A DNA stretch of 64,000 nt from a virus. Made by a program: the position numbers and the translations under genes. The stretch spans positions 1 to 64,000 of the IMG/VR virus record IMGVR_UViG_3300031962_000002; one strand, written 5' to 3'. This document shows positions 43,801 to 52,000 of the stretch, piece by piece (the first letter of the stretch is position 1; the number at the start of each line of letters is the position of its first letter). The notes under the pieces were generated by a model. That model was not told where the DNA came from. It did no database searches and saw only the letters and a program-made list of their open reading frames with translations.

Positions 43801-46410
43801 GGTCCCGAGAACTTTAAAGCCCTTGCCAAAAGACTCTTCTTGTTTGGCTTCTTCGGGTTTAGGATTAGATATTTCACTCCCTTGAGTTGACGTTTGAGTA
43901 TTTTCATTGGTTATTTTATCTTTAAAAAATTGCGCTATATTTTTGTCTGAAATTTCATAGCCTGAATCAGTTTCAGTTAGATAATTAGTTAACTCACTGC
44001 CAGCCTTAAGTCTTATACTAACCGCTCTTTTGTCTTGTATAGGTTTTCCTTCTTTGTCATAAAACTGGACTATTCTGCTGCCATCATCTGTTTTTATTTC
44101 TTGACGAATACCATTTTCAAAATCAGTCTTTGTGGCTGTAGCATTTCCTATTTTTAATTCCTGTTTATTAATTTCTTCTCCAAGATCAGGAACATCAATT
44201 GTGCTTGTTGCTATCCCGTGTTTTTCTGATTCTTTCTTCCACTTTATTTTTTCCTCGGTATTGTCTCCGAGTGGTGCTTGTTGCTTTTCTTCTTCAGTCC
44301 GATTTTCTTGGGTAGTTTCATTCCCTTGGACGCTTGGTTCCACTCGTCCACGTTCACTCCCTGGTTCTCCAACTGCTTCTTGTGCATGTTGAAGTACGCT
44401 GCTTGTGCTTGGCTCTTGTATGGCATTTTGTTCCCCCTCCTTGGTTTTATTTTTTAGTTTGTAAACAAATGCTTTTTCTCCGTTTTCTAAAATGATGGTT
44501 GAACGTTCGTATTTCTCTTCCCAATTATCAAGTTTTTTTAACTGTTCTGGCGTAACCTCCAAAACTTCCCCTCTTAAATTCTTCCCTTCATCATGTTTAA
44601 TGTCAGGGAAAGATTTAATGTCAAATTTTTCATCGTTTGGAGCAATTGCCATTTCTGTCTTCACATGTTCACCTATTGCTTCTTTTCTTGTCTTTGGATC
44701 TTTTAAAGTGCCGTAAACAAATACTTTTTGTTTCCCCGTTTCTGGATTAACTGGAACTACTTCTGATGATGGCTTAGTCTCGAGAATTTTATCTTGCCGT
44801 ACTTTTTCCTCCCGATTGCTGCCGCTACTGCTCCCGGGTTGTTCACTCCCGGTTCGTGGCTCAATTTGTTCTTCAGTTTCTGAAAGCGGCCTCCCCCGCC
44901 CAGTTTCATTGACTTGTGGATTGTTTGTGATTTCATCTTTTTGTGATTTTGATTCGTTTGTTATTTTCTCTTGGTTGTTTTTAAAATTGCCAACGATATG
45001 ACCGCCTCCAATAATACCAATGGAACCATAAAATCCCTGTAATCCTTCCTCTCTCGATCTATTCCAATCAATGTCTTTTTCCCAATCAATGTCATCAACT
45101 TTCTTTCCACTTGCTAAAAGTGCCCCTATTTGTGAATTGGTGCCTTGCATGAACTCTGTTGCATATTCAGTTAATGGTTCTGCTAAAGCCTTAACGCCTT
45201 TTTTCCACATTGCCTCTGGGGCATGTTTCAATAACTCTTCTGTGGCTTTCTTTTTGATTATATTCTTAACACCTACACTAAATGCTTTAGTAGTTGTGAA
45301 TATTGATGATCCTAGATCAAGAACTCCATTTATTAACCCTACAACGTGAGCAACTTCTTTGGCTGGCTTGTCAAGATCCTTTTCAATAACTTCTTTTTCT
45401 GTTATTCCATAATTCTTAGCTATCGCTGAAACAGCCTCATCATAGGCACCTCCTTTTTCCATAAGATAACTTGATGCCCCGAGCGTAGCTACTGAGGTAG
45501 GAATATAACCTAACCCATTACCGATGGCTCCCCCAATATAGGATGCTATTCCAGATGAACCTTGCTTGGTGGCTTCTTCCCAATCTTTTGGTATTGCCTT
45601 CAAACCAGAATAATCACCCAGAAGTTTACTGGATTCCTCCTGAATTTTTTTTGCCTCTTCTAAGTGTGATATTTTTTTATTTATTGCCGCCGCTGTAAAT
45701 GATGGCCCTACTTTAATAATCTTACCCTCTTTTGTAATGACATCCCCACCTTTGCGCCATCCAGGATATTCCTCATCTGCTATTTTTTCAGCATATTTTC
45801 TTCGCGTCTCATCACTGGCAAATTCATTTAACACTGCATATTTTTCAGGATGAGTCCGGATAAGTTCATCTATGAAATCCGTTTTCTGATTGATAGCCTC
45901 ATTTTGTTGAATGTTTGCAGGAACATCATGCTTAAGTACCGAAATAAACTTTCTTCCTAAATCAAATAGTCCTCTGAATAGATTTTCTGTCGCACCTCCT
46001 CCATATTCCTTCAATGCTATATCATGAATGTTCTCTTCTGGAGTAGGCGTTAAAGTTACTTCTGGTGTTGGTGGTTGAGGTTTTGTTGGATCAATCTGCC
46101 CGCTTAATAATTGTTCTTCTGGCGAAGGACTTGGTGGCGTGATTGCCAACTCTGAACCAGTTGATAAAGGCTTTGTAACATCCAATTGACCAGGTAACGA
46201 AAAACTGAAAGTATCGTCTTTTTTTTTTACTTTGGATTCAAAGTCTGAATATTCTCCTAATTCAAATTCTTTACCAACTCCATTGTAAAATGCCTGTCTT
46301 TTAGTTGGATCTTGCAGTTTTTTAGTGAACTCATCTAGGGAACCAATGTCATATTTTTTTGACACGGCTTCATGCAACACCTTTATTTTATCGTCAGTAG
46401 GATCAATCAT
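34879..46410 (-). CDS. Giant DarB-like polyvalent (probably ejected) protein: GGCT-like domain, adenine methylase, SF2/SNF2-like helicase, helical C-terminus
   Basis: FVYGTL (GGCT); ILEGSVGTG and NIPF (N6-MTase); HQVGAGKS, VDES, SGTP and QRNGRGIRRGN (helicase). Located in the ejection module. Confidence 0.88.
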   Translation of the reverse strand: MIDPTDDKIKVLHEAVSKKYDIGSLDEFTKKLQDPTKRQAFYNGVGKEFELGEYSDFESKVKKKDDTFSFSLPGQLDVTKPLSTGSELAITPPSPSPEEQLLSGQIDPTKPQPPTPEVTLTPTPEENIHDIALKEYGGGATENLFRGLFDLGRKFISVLKHDVPANIQQNEAINQKTDFIDELIRTHPEKYAVLNEFASDETRRKYAEKIADEEYPGWRKGGDVITKEGKIIKVGPSFTAAAINKKISHLEEAKKIQEESSKLLGDYSGLKAIPKDWEEATKQGSSGIASYIGGAIGNGLGYIPTSVATLGASSYLMEKGGAYDEAVSAIAKNYGITEKEVIEKDLDKPAKEVAHVVGLINGVLDLGSSIFTTTKAFSVGVKNIIKKKATEELLKHAPEAMWKKGVKALAEPLTEYATEFMQGTNSQIGALLASGKKVDDIDWEKDIDWNRSREEGLQGFYGSIGIIGGGHIVGNFKNNQEKITNESKSQKDEITNNPQVNETGRGRPLSETEEQIEPRTGSEQPGSSSGSNREEKVRQDKILETKPSSEVVPVNPETGKQKVFVYGTLKDPKTRKEAIGEHVKTEMAIAPNDEKFDIKSFPDIKHDEGKNLRGEVLEVTPEQLKKLDNWEEKYERSTIILENGEKAFVYKLKNKTKEGEQNAIQEPSTSSVLQHAQEAVGEPGSERGRVEPSVQGNETTQENRTEEEKQQAPLGDNTEEKIKWKKESEKHGIATSTIDVPDLGEEINKQELKIGNATATKTDFENGIRQEIKTDDGSRIVQFYDKEGKPIQDKRAVSIRLKAGSELTNYLTETDSGYEISDKNIAQFFKDKITNENTQTSTQGSEISNPKPEEAKQEESFGKGFKVLGTNLEGDKVGEDKNGVRAVLKGNIVSSQPVHIIPGSGYHVATPEGEFLTKEEAKSHADEIAKKKGFENPSHLLNSVEKRTGEKFENVQDIPKETIEKVVNERELEKLTPKENVNKTGTVVGEGGSRTSSVNAERNAGEEKGGTEQGKGTGGEEANGNVSQPGESQPGDVRENGNEPAGEPSGGNEGRLRPELKDSEIQHNFVYPENWERTKNKTFSKRQAYTDNIAALEVINNLLDNPDSFATDEQKEALAKYNGLGPLGEILLSDNKLGKDWTKSNLEFFDDAQKLKSLLEDIGEKTGTKPLETAKSSTRNAYYTSLPVIRAIYEGLGAGGFEGGKILEGSVGTGRFIGGMPAAMSGNSRVKGVDMDVVSSLISKYLYPKASIINSPLQSASIPSNYYDLFVSNIPFGSAHVYDPQLDKRGGLWKQSQDKLHTYFFAKAIDSVRPGGYVAILTTSNILDTPGNQGTRDLINKETDFVGAVRLSSSAFNADAGTQVVTDIILLRKKITPSVPGVDQISNIVTQNVKHNNPALPNQDIQYNEYFKKNPENIFGTEFKAGGLYNAERGYTLVGEFDPTKVGEKLAEMAKKAPILERQAQEKDTLQTLQITPLGRMVSGGIVENEGKYYFVRDFDRDTGKYSIEEIGKGVMPAEKDMPILKAFVDTKKIYFDVLAKDKLNEDTKEERSRLRIALKNFIRIIKPSNLNSLAKGNKAINRILVSDPDFYAVSALEKSDGTFSDVVEKPIKRELNEFTKTEVPQEAIGFSINNYGKLNMPFIQKVLGEKSEEATIKRIKDEIFETPDEIVEKNEYLSGNVIEKLKQAEQWVKVDQKYERNVEALKKIIPMPIPKEQITFQLGASWIPLKYTQQFLDSVFGEGRVTVRYNKATDDYEVNSRVLGGDYEAFDPDGHRRGVDVVVKAAITKNVPDFYVTHSDGTKTPLPKLTQDVRDKAERLQNEFAGLIEADEKTGNELSKLYNEYFNGIVIKKFNGDHLTFPGMQGYDLNPHQKDAIMMIVQKMGGMVDHQVGAGKSLVMSVGAIKMKEIGLVNKPLITTMKSVVPGMMDQIKAQYPEKKILAPTDKDFSAANRQRLFAQIANNDWDLVIITHENLGTIPLPAEFESQYIEGEIEELRSAMSEMNADKSDKWAVKQAKALEERVANLKTRLEKLQDKGVGASRTDFGTMGVDMLFVDESQQMKNLNFVTKLRNVSGMGTAKGSKRASNLKMVTRYLQNMHGGDKGIVFASGTPISNSLVEVYNIFQYLRPSLLKKLQMVSLDQFLKNFALITSQMEKNVAGVIKNKTRLTKFVNVPELASLYSEISDVRGEHNLKLEKPEIKGGKPEIILIPQSETVRMITKAIYDASKSASIAPLKSIGINPQGDAEKALGLVLTTLGTKASIDPRLVFPHQKADGGKLFKVADEVKKIYDEEAEKKGTQLVFADMGTPKNKNAKLGDRVHDQVIEMYGEEVLNEIPNTDTIWKQTEQSAIKQKLIDILEVDPSEADFIIEEANNVNSFNVYDALKNLLVSKGIPEKEIAFIHDAPTKKLKEELFDKVNKGQVRVLLGSTQKMGTGVNVQSKIAAMHHVDVGWRPSDLEQRNGRGIRRGNSYKEVAIKYYGTQETIDSYRFDLLSRKQSGIDSFRAGAKGLREMDFEDGESMTMSEFAAAISGDTRILDLEKLKSKAEKLRNRVESTKRANIMRSRRIDEAKKFVDYTREERRIVNDLADRIVKNIKLEEVEEESKDEKGKVKKVTTVVAKFKGEVNGQEYDTANPKQRQEFYQALSERANDAMHSTYRRQIGTIGGIDVYARQNEGYKDARVDLGDDTVTNKNISPVAIIKRTQAINPLTLRIAVQATIRDIRIDISQSEKEYKDALSNLKSAEGVKEVAAKEEDIKELAETEEKRNKLSAELKAESEKQSEEKLPEEPKNSLEDIIAENSKKNAEENFEGFSGAMTTGLPIKPIGKVKKAPSNNALLAIIAQSGKTREELERQLNEEVKIGDQEVDERIDKAAAPAPENMEKTWGEAITGVKNWATQHFKFLDAKTWPREANILREFETLYPWAKGNANQYVKTMVEGMTPQQYKIFSMRIILADMQESIKKGLNMVGPDGKLPFGFNDADQVDRALTKYDIFMKGDPRIQRAFDMREEFMAEFKRQLIESGLLDENDIESYYHRRVLEYHAENEHKSILFGKDIADKKRDFQKRRKGTRGLDYSTNFIETEFKVVSEGMYEMEKQRILKDLVAPFEKQLNAISAEFKKHFDAQLASIEKQFGEDSKEVKQYIDGKRALKRNYLFDNLPEGFTFYRVSEDNRLFWGKTVSQKTIDRAIDQAEDNDNAGLSDALAIVDELISGLKSGLMVGPKRKQYMIPTQLAEQLEELAKNETVSAPTGLATKITSAWKQLMILSPTRMLRYNLNNFGSDLDRLIQVEPKIAKYAKEATGELWRYLKYGETTPQLLEAMRGDVINSGFQISELADISKEKWAEALQSDSPSIENILGKEGMKKLAIKIKDAPGNLWDKYMKAVSPYVQFRENILRYAAYKLAVEKTAKGEAFYWASPADQIRKITDVRQKNAKLARDVFGDYMNLSQGAHQMRRVLLPFYSWFEVNMKTHLNLLKNASSPQAQRDIIKSAVSRGIPSVAFKMARAYVMMGLFTAAIQAWNKFAFGLYGGDEDDEKRLRATKIKGLQLIVGVRDGHIITVPIQGAFYDFIDFFGLWSIGDDLERIFTGGQPVKETVKTAKGIGTNMLNKGVQLVNPLPKALFELGSGQSYYPDITNPTPINDKWEYLFKSMTLGDEYNYALSDKPKRESYLSRKFHNSLLREFDTEQLSYYAAKKIINNYEGGDVGGSKGETGNPTRADQKDAEYKFMLALRYGKYDDADKWLGEFLQKGGNPANIKQKLRSSNPFAGVKKVPIKGEPVSEWIDLYHILNDENYHPQTHFGRQITSEDKFTLKEAMNYYERIIKNAKEYKAHPVLTPVE
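43230..43472 (-). CDS. Nested +1-frame helical protein D (loosely TnpV-like)
   Basis: 80-aa helical-looking sequence that overlies a Gly/Glu/Asn low-complexity linker of the main frame, just before the methylase. Confidence 0.55.
   Translation of the reverse strand: MLTKLEQWLVKEVHGPVASMLNAMPEKRREELNKEKELEAKKQMETLVSLVNHNQEMYEKTGMSPQESLQEAMRDAYGLN
44244..44426 (-). CDS. Nested +1-frame small basic protein B (MPYKS-type)
   Basis: MPYKSQAQAAYFNMHKKQLENQGVNVDEWNQASKGMKLPKK; preceded by AGGAGGGGG-aacaaa-ATG. Confidence 0.7.
   Translation of the reverse strand: MPYKSQAQAAYFNMHKKQLENQGVNVDEWNQASKGMKLPKKIGLKKKSNKHHSETIPRKK
44757..44936 (-). CDS. Nested +1-frame small basic protein A (59 aa, not in ORF track)
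   Basis: MKSQTIHKSMKLGGGGRFQKLKNKLSHEPGVNNPGAVAAAIGRKKYGKIKFSRLSHHQK. It resembles a free-standing small phage protein type (GRF..L...PGA.AA.IGRKKYG), recognised from memory. Confidence 0.65.
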   Translation of the reverse strand: MKSQTIHKSMKLGGGGRFQKLKNKLSHEPGVNNPGAVAAAIGRKKYGKIKFSRLSHHQK

Positions 46411-47792
46411 TAAAATCCGGGTATTTTAATTTTTCCTGTTTTAGGCTTAGTCTTTTCTTCTGCCTTTCTTTTTTCATTTATATAGGTAGGATATTCTTCT
46501 CCAATGGCTGTCTTTTTATTGATCTCATCCATTCTTTGAGATAGAGCAACTTTGGCTTGACGTTTTTCTTCTTCTGTATTTATCGGAAGATAAACTGATG
46601 CTTTACTCTTCGCCCCACCGAAAATGTTGAATGTCTGATTACCCTCTGCATCGGTTTGTGGCATCCCACTCACATAATCAAGTTTGATGAATTTTCCTTT
46701 TGTTCCCTTATCATTCTTGCTAGCGTATTCTGCTCGCACGTCGCTGGCTAACTTGCCGAAATACGAAAGGACATCTTTCCCTGAATCTCCAGAAACAACA
46801 CGATTTAAAAGTTCATCTCTTCCTTCCAAGTCTGCTTTCTGATTTCTGTATCCGTAGCCTCCAAAATGATAATACCTACGGTCAGCCTCATTTTGTTTGA
46901 ATCCTAATTGAGGTCTATTTTTAACTTCCTTCGGATCGTAACCTTCAAGCAATGCAGTCAGGTACTTCTTATTCTGTTCAATTGTGCCATTTGGTACATC
47001 TTTAGCTACGAGTTTAGACAACATAGGATCTTGCATTGCCTGGATGTAAACATCGTCGGTCATGTTGATCTTTGGCATTCCAGTTCTCGGGTCCATAATA
47101 ATTCTACCTTTGTCATCCTGCGCGATTCCAAGTTTTGTTTTTGTGTCTTGAATGTTGTATTGCTGGCCTAGTGGATTAAACATATCAGTGTAGTACTGAT
47201 TCACTTTTTCCGGTAATCCTTTCATAAAATTAAGAGCAACACCTTGTTTGTCGTAATTATTTGGATGGTCAACAATGCTTTGTAATTGATTCATCCCTGC
47301 TCGAATGTCATTATCTGGTTTCAGTTTCCCAGTATTGTCATATAGAACATCGCGGAGTACGCTTCTTGATTCTGGTTTATAAATCCCAGATTTGATATTG
47401 TCTTCGATTATTTTGCTTGCGGCATCATAGTCGTTTTTCCAATTGTCTGTTTCGGCGATGTAGGAATTCACTTCTCCTTGACCTCTTCGGATATCACGTT
47501 CAGCCATCGATATTTTTCGTGGATCATTTTGAGCGGCATCAATAACGGAATACGATTTTTCTCTGTGATTATTGACGTAATCGGATATTCTTTGCTTCAA
47601 AGGATCGAACTTTGCTTCGGGCTTGTACTTATCCATGTAATCATGGAGTGCGTCGCGATCTTTCTTGGCTTGCTCTGCCTTTAACGCTTCGTTTTTTTGA
47701 CGTTGCGCTTGTTGACCGATGTACACTTGAAGAGGATTTATACTCCCTCCAAGTATGGTTGCGTTGCCTAGTTCTTCACTTGCAGAGGCCAT
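46410..47792 (-). CDS. Putative DNA ejection/internal virion protein
   Basis: Position upstream of the giant gene; helical. Confidence 0.6.
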   Translation of the reverse strand: MASASEELGNATILGGSINPLQVYIGQQAQRQKNEALKAEQAKKDRDALHDYMDKYKPEAKFDPLKQRISDYVNNHREKSYSVIDAAQNDPRKISMAERDIRRGQGEVNSYIAETDNWKNDYDAASKIIEDNIKSGIYKPESRSVLRDVLYDNTGKLKPDNDIRAGMNQLQSIVDHPNNYDKQGVALNFMKGLPEKVNQYYTDMFNPLGQQYNIQDTKTKLGIAQDDKGRIIMDPRTGMPKINMTDDVYIQAMQDPMLSKLVAKDVPNGTIEQNKKYLTALLEGYDPKEVKNRPQLGFKQNEADRRYYHFGGYGYRNQKADLEGRDELLNRVVSGDSGKDVLSYFGKLASDVRAEYASKNDKGTKGKFIKLDYVSGMPQTDAEGNQTFNIFGGAKSKASVYLPINTEEEKRQAKVALSQRMDEINKKTAIGEEYPTYINEKRKAEEKTKPKTGKIKIPGF

Positions 47793-47798
47793 TCATTT

Positions 47799-48503
47799 TT
47801 ATTGGTTAGCCCATCCGTTATTTCTCCATCCACCCCATTGTTGCATTCCAAATCCTCTTCTTAATTTTTGATTAAAATAAGGTTGATTAAAATAAGGTTG
47901 ATTGAAATTTGGATTGTATTGTTGAGGATTGCTGTCATCCATTGTTGGGTATTTGGCTTTGATTTGTGCTGTGGCTCCCTTGTTGCCTTTTGCTGACATT
48001 CCAACAAGGGCCGTGCTAGCTAAATTATTTATGCCACTGTAAATGTTTGTATTTCCGGCATTGTTCAATGCCGCTTTGGTTTGGATGTACTGATTTTGGT
48101 TTATACGGTCATTCCCAGCTAATTGAGCGTTTGCATTTGACAATCGACCAAAGGCATTTTCACTGAATTGCTGGCCTTGAGCGGCAATTCGGCTGTTGGC
48201 ATCTTGCGCTTGTTGCGTGGCCCCTGCTGACACAGCAGCTATTTTATTGGCATCTCCACCAAACATACGCTGGGCGCCAGCTATTTGATTGGCTGCAAGT
48301 CTCCGGTTCTGCTCTTCTGCGAAAGCGGCCCCAGGAGCACGTCTGGAATAAGCCTGCTGCATCGCCAAGTCTTTATTCATCAAAAGCTGTGGCGGCACGT
48401 AGTTGCTTTTTTGCAGATTAGATGCTTTATTTTTTTGGTTTATACCGCTTCCTATCTGATAGGCTGCGGATGCGGCTGTTACTCCTGCTGCGATCCACGA
48501 CAT
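47799..48503 (-). CDS. Putative ejection (pilot) protein
   Basis: MSWIAAGVTAASAA N-terminus; Ala/Gln/Asn-rich. Confidence 0.7.
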   Translation of the reverse strand: MSWIAAGVTAASAAYQIGSGINQKNKASNLQKSNYVPPQLLMNKDLAMQQAYSRRAPGAAFAEEQNRRLAANQIAGAQRMFGGDANKIAAVSAGATQQAQDANSRIAAQGQQFSENAFGRLSNANAQLAGNDRINQNQYIQTKAALNNAGNTNIYSGINNLASTALVGMSAKGNKGATAQIKAKYPTMDDSNPQQYNPNFNQPYFNQPYFNQKLRRGFGMQQWGGWRNNGWANQ

Positions 48504-48519
48504 CTTGATATTGAGTTAT

Positions 48520-49017
48520 TCATTTCAAAAACAGTATTTTACGTATAAAACTAAGGAATTTCCGCTTCTTTCGAAACTTGTCGTATTGGGCGTAATCTTT
48601 GGCTATCACAATATCCTCCAATTTGTCCAAATCTTGGGTGTTATCAGGATTGTAGTGAACGGTGATCCAACACAAGTCAGTTACGGAATAAAGGGCTCTT
48701 TTTGTACCTGGTGGTGAAATCATCGACAGTGGGCCAGTTAATCGTTCGTGGCCGCCTGACTCGGTGTACACATCTACTGTGCCAGACATCAAAAAATTTG
48801 GATGCGAATGTTTGTGTATTTTCCCTGTAATCAACATCCCGGCTGGAATGCGAATTTCTCTAACATAAATACCATCGGCGAAAGTATGCTTTAATGGACA
48901 TATCACGTTATCACCTTGAAATGATCCTTCAATTTCTTTGATTTTGTCTTCGACGTCGAAAATCTTTTCTCTTCTGATCAATTCGGCCTCTTCTTTTTTT
49001 AATGCTACGCTTTTCAT
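48520..49017 (-). CDS. Cupin-fold phage protein
   Basis: HTFADGIYVREIRIPAG..ITGKIHKH.H...PGTKR...WITVH. Confidence 0.8.
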   Translation of the reverse strand: MKSVALKKEEAELIRREKIFDVEDKIKEIEGSFQGDNVICPLKHTFADGIYVREIRIPAGMLITGKIHKHSHPNFLMSGTVDVYTESGGHERLTGPLSMISPPGTKRALYSVTDLCWITVHYNPDNTQDLDKLEDIVIAKDYAQYDKFRKKRKFLSFIRKILFLK

Positions 49018-52000
49018 GGGTTGGATTGCATTGAAGGCGTGTAATAAACAGTAATCGACTTCATCGGATTACGATCAGTTCCGTTGTAAACTACAGTCAT
49101 AAAGGCGCTCTGTCCTCTCACTCTTCTGGCGGAGTTATATTTTGATTGAATTAAGGCATTTGGACCAGTGAAATTCTGATCCTGCATCCATCGGAAGAAA
49201 GCCGATCTCCATACTCGGTCACTTTCTCTTAGTATAAAGTCCGAGTAATTTATTTGAGTTTGCAGGGTATCACCATTCTTGTGGTACAACTGGATAATCA
49301 CTTCATTTGAACCGCTTGTCACGTAAATATTTTCCACATCTACTTCAACGCCATCCCAGATGTGAATGAGTGTGCGAAGTGGCGAAAACTCCATATCTAG
49401 TTGACGATTATACTGCACTCCAAAGAACTTGTTGTAATTTCCTTCAATGCTTTGAATCCAGCATCCCCCGTTAAGGAAAGCAAATTGATTTTGGTTTAAA
49501 ACTCCAAAAAATTCAGGCAACATGCTACTTTGAAATATCCATGAATTAGATTTCTCATGGAAGTATAGCGTAATGCCTGAAGGTCCAGAAGTGTCAATGA
49601 AACTAATGCAGTAACAGTCGTATTGAGGATCCCAGCCTGCTATTATTCGGCTTGTTGCAAGGGTGGCATGGGTGTTACAAAGAGTGCTTATAAGTCCCTT
49701 AACGCCATAGTCTGAAATTACATAAAGACCATCCTGGGCTCGGCGAACAACAACTCCTTTTCTAATATCCAGGTAATATACCTTCCCTTCTCTTGCTACT
49801 ACACTGGCTGGATGGAGTGATCCGTGCCCTCCTAAATACTTTCTCGCATCTCCAATTACATTATCTGTCTTTGTCAAAAACAAATTCGCGTTTGATGTCT
49901 GCACAAATCCCTGTCCTACATAAACCGCTTCTGTCTCTACTTCTTGAACCGCGACAAGGACTTCGCCTGCTTCCGCTAGTCTGGTTCCGGCGCCATTTTC
50001 AATAGGAAGTGCTTGTTCATCTAAGGCATAGAAAGTATTAAGACCAAGGAAATTGGCATTCAGGATGAACTGTTGCCCAAATCTAAGATATGTGTACTTG
50101 TTGATTTGTCGTGAATCGCTTTTGACCAATGATCGCCCAGCATCGGTTATCCACTGCGGAAATACTTTCTCCCAAACGGACATATCTTCGAGTGGTTGTA
50201 GAAATGATGAGTTTGGTTGAACAATGTAGGCATTAGATGCTGCAAATGGGTCTGTTGCGCTGTACGATCCACCGCCAGTAGGAGGGCAACTATATATTTC
50301 GTGAATGCCTATTTCAATGTCACCATCCAAATCAAAGGTTGTCCCATTGATATTTGTAATTCCGGTTTCAAAAAATGGCGCTTGAGTTGCCTTTATTGGG
50401 GTATATATCTGAAATCTGAAATTTGTAGATAGTGTGGTGCTTAATGGATTTAATTCTGATAGAACTCTGGTAAACACAAATCTGCCATCTTGGGCTAAAA
50501 TTTCCACGTCAATGACATGATAGGTGTTATCTAAATTTAAGTAATCATAAATTTTTATTCTGTCACCGGCATTAAACGTGTATCCTCTTTTCTCCTTTGT
50601 GAGTGCTGATATGTCGATAGCGGTTCCTTCGGCTGCAATAGCTGATAAATCTTTGTTGTATGTGTAAACTCCAGAGCCATCTTGTTTATAAAAATAAATG
50701 TCTTGTGTGAATTGAGACAGAAAAAAGCTACTTGTTAACTCCTTTGTACACACAATGCTCCTTCTAACCGCCCACGTTGGAATGTCAGCCGCTATCGCTG
50801 TTAAATCGACATGTATTTTATACTTATTATTTGATTCTGGAATTGTAATCGTGTTATCACATTTCACCCCTGAATGTCTTCCGGCAAAATCAAAAAACAT
50901 AACACCTACATTGTACCTTCCTCCGCCTTTTGCTACTCGAATAACTTTTGTTACGCTTTCTCCATTGACAAAATTAGGAGTGACATTGGTCAATGAAAGT
51001 GTTACTTGTGTCGTTGTGTTGTGGGTGTAACCTTCCGTGTTGTTGAAAAGAAATGTCCTGTTCTTAAATATTTTTAGAGATTTTGTTTTCAGTGGGATGT
51101 TGTCGTTCCAAACAAATGTGTCGGCATCTGGAACAGTGAATAGATAACTGGTATTGTAGAAAGTATGTGACGATGTGAATGCGCCTGTTTTCTCTATTTT
51201 ATAAACGAAAAATTCATTTGAACCATTAACTCTAACGGCATACTCAATTTGAATTACTGTGGCTGGCGGAGTGACAGGTCTTGTGATCGTCATGTAATTC
51301 GGACCAGTGAGATTAGTTCTAACTACAGTCCCTCCGATGGGAACGTTTAAGAACCATACTTGCGAAAAATTTTTAACCCCTCCTTTTACATACACTGTTG
51401 TTGGCGTTGAACTAATATCTGGTGAATCTGTAGCCTTGGTCCATGCTCCTGTTGCTTTAACCCAAATTCCATTTTCACCAATATTTGTCTGATTTGTTAA
51501 AAGAATCCTGTCTCCAACTGTTGGCGTGACTTCTCCGTCCACAGCATAATTGCCTGTTACAGCTTGATTCACATGTGATGCATAATCTACATCAATCCCA
51601 GTTGGATGTAACCATCCATTGCAAACTAAACTTGCCGAGTTAAATACGCTATAGTCGTAGTCTTCATAGACATACCGGTAGAAAAACTGAAAATAACTTC
51701 CTGAAATAAAGTTTATTGAAGTTGAAGTATCGTATCCAAGTGCCCATGTTAAAGGAGCAAGCGGAGGTGGTTTTATAAACGTCAATTCAACGGCAAGCGG
51801 AGTATATGTTCCCCCTGCAATTGCCTTCAATACGTTTATTTTCTGAATATCGATCCCATTGTTAGTAAATATCAGAATATCCCCGACGATGTCCATGTCC
51901 ACAAAATCAGTCTGTGCCCATGCGAATAATGCCGTCCGCATGACCAATGTGATAGCGCCTGTTGCACCTGAATATTGGTAGATTGAATTGTTTGCTGCTG

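Noticed and set aside
43779-43907. Nested +1 ORF C (MKILKRQLKGVKYLIL..., 42 aa) as a firm gene
   Set aside because: It has the same frame and context as the other nested ORFs, but it is short and unrecognised. Lys-rich +1 frames arise automatically from Glu-rich coding, so it is kept only as a weak member of the array.
47865-47910. 15-bp tandem duplication (FNQPY repeats)
   Set aside because: It is a short slippage repeat in a low-complexity tail, with no evidence of function.
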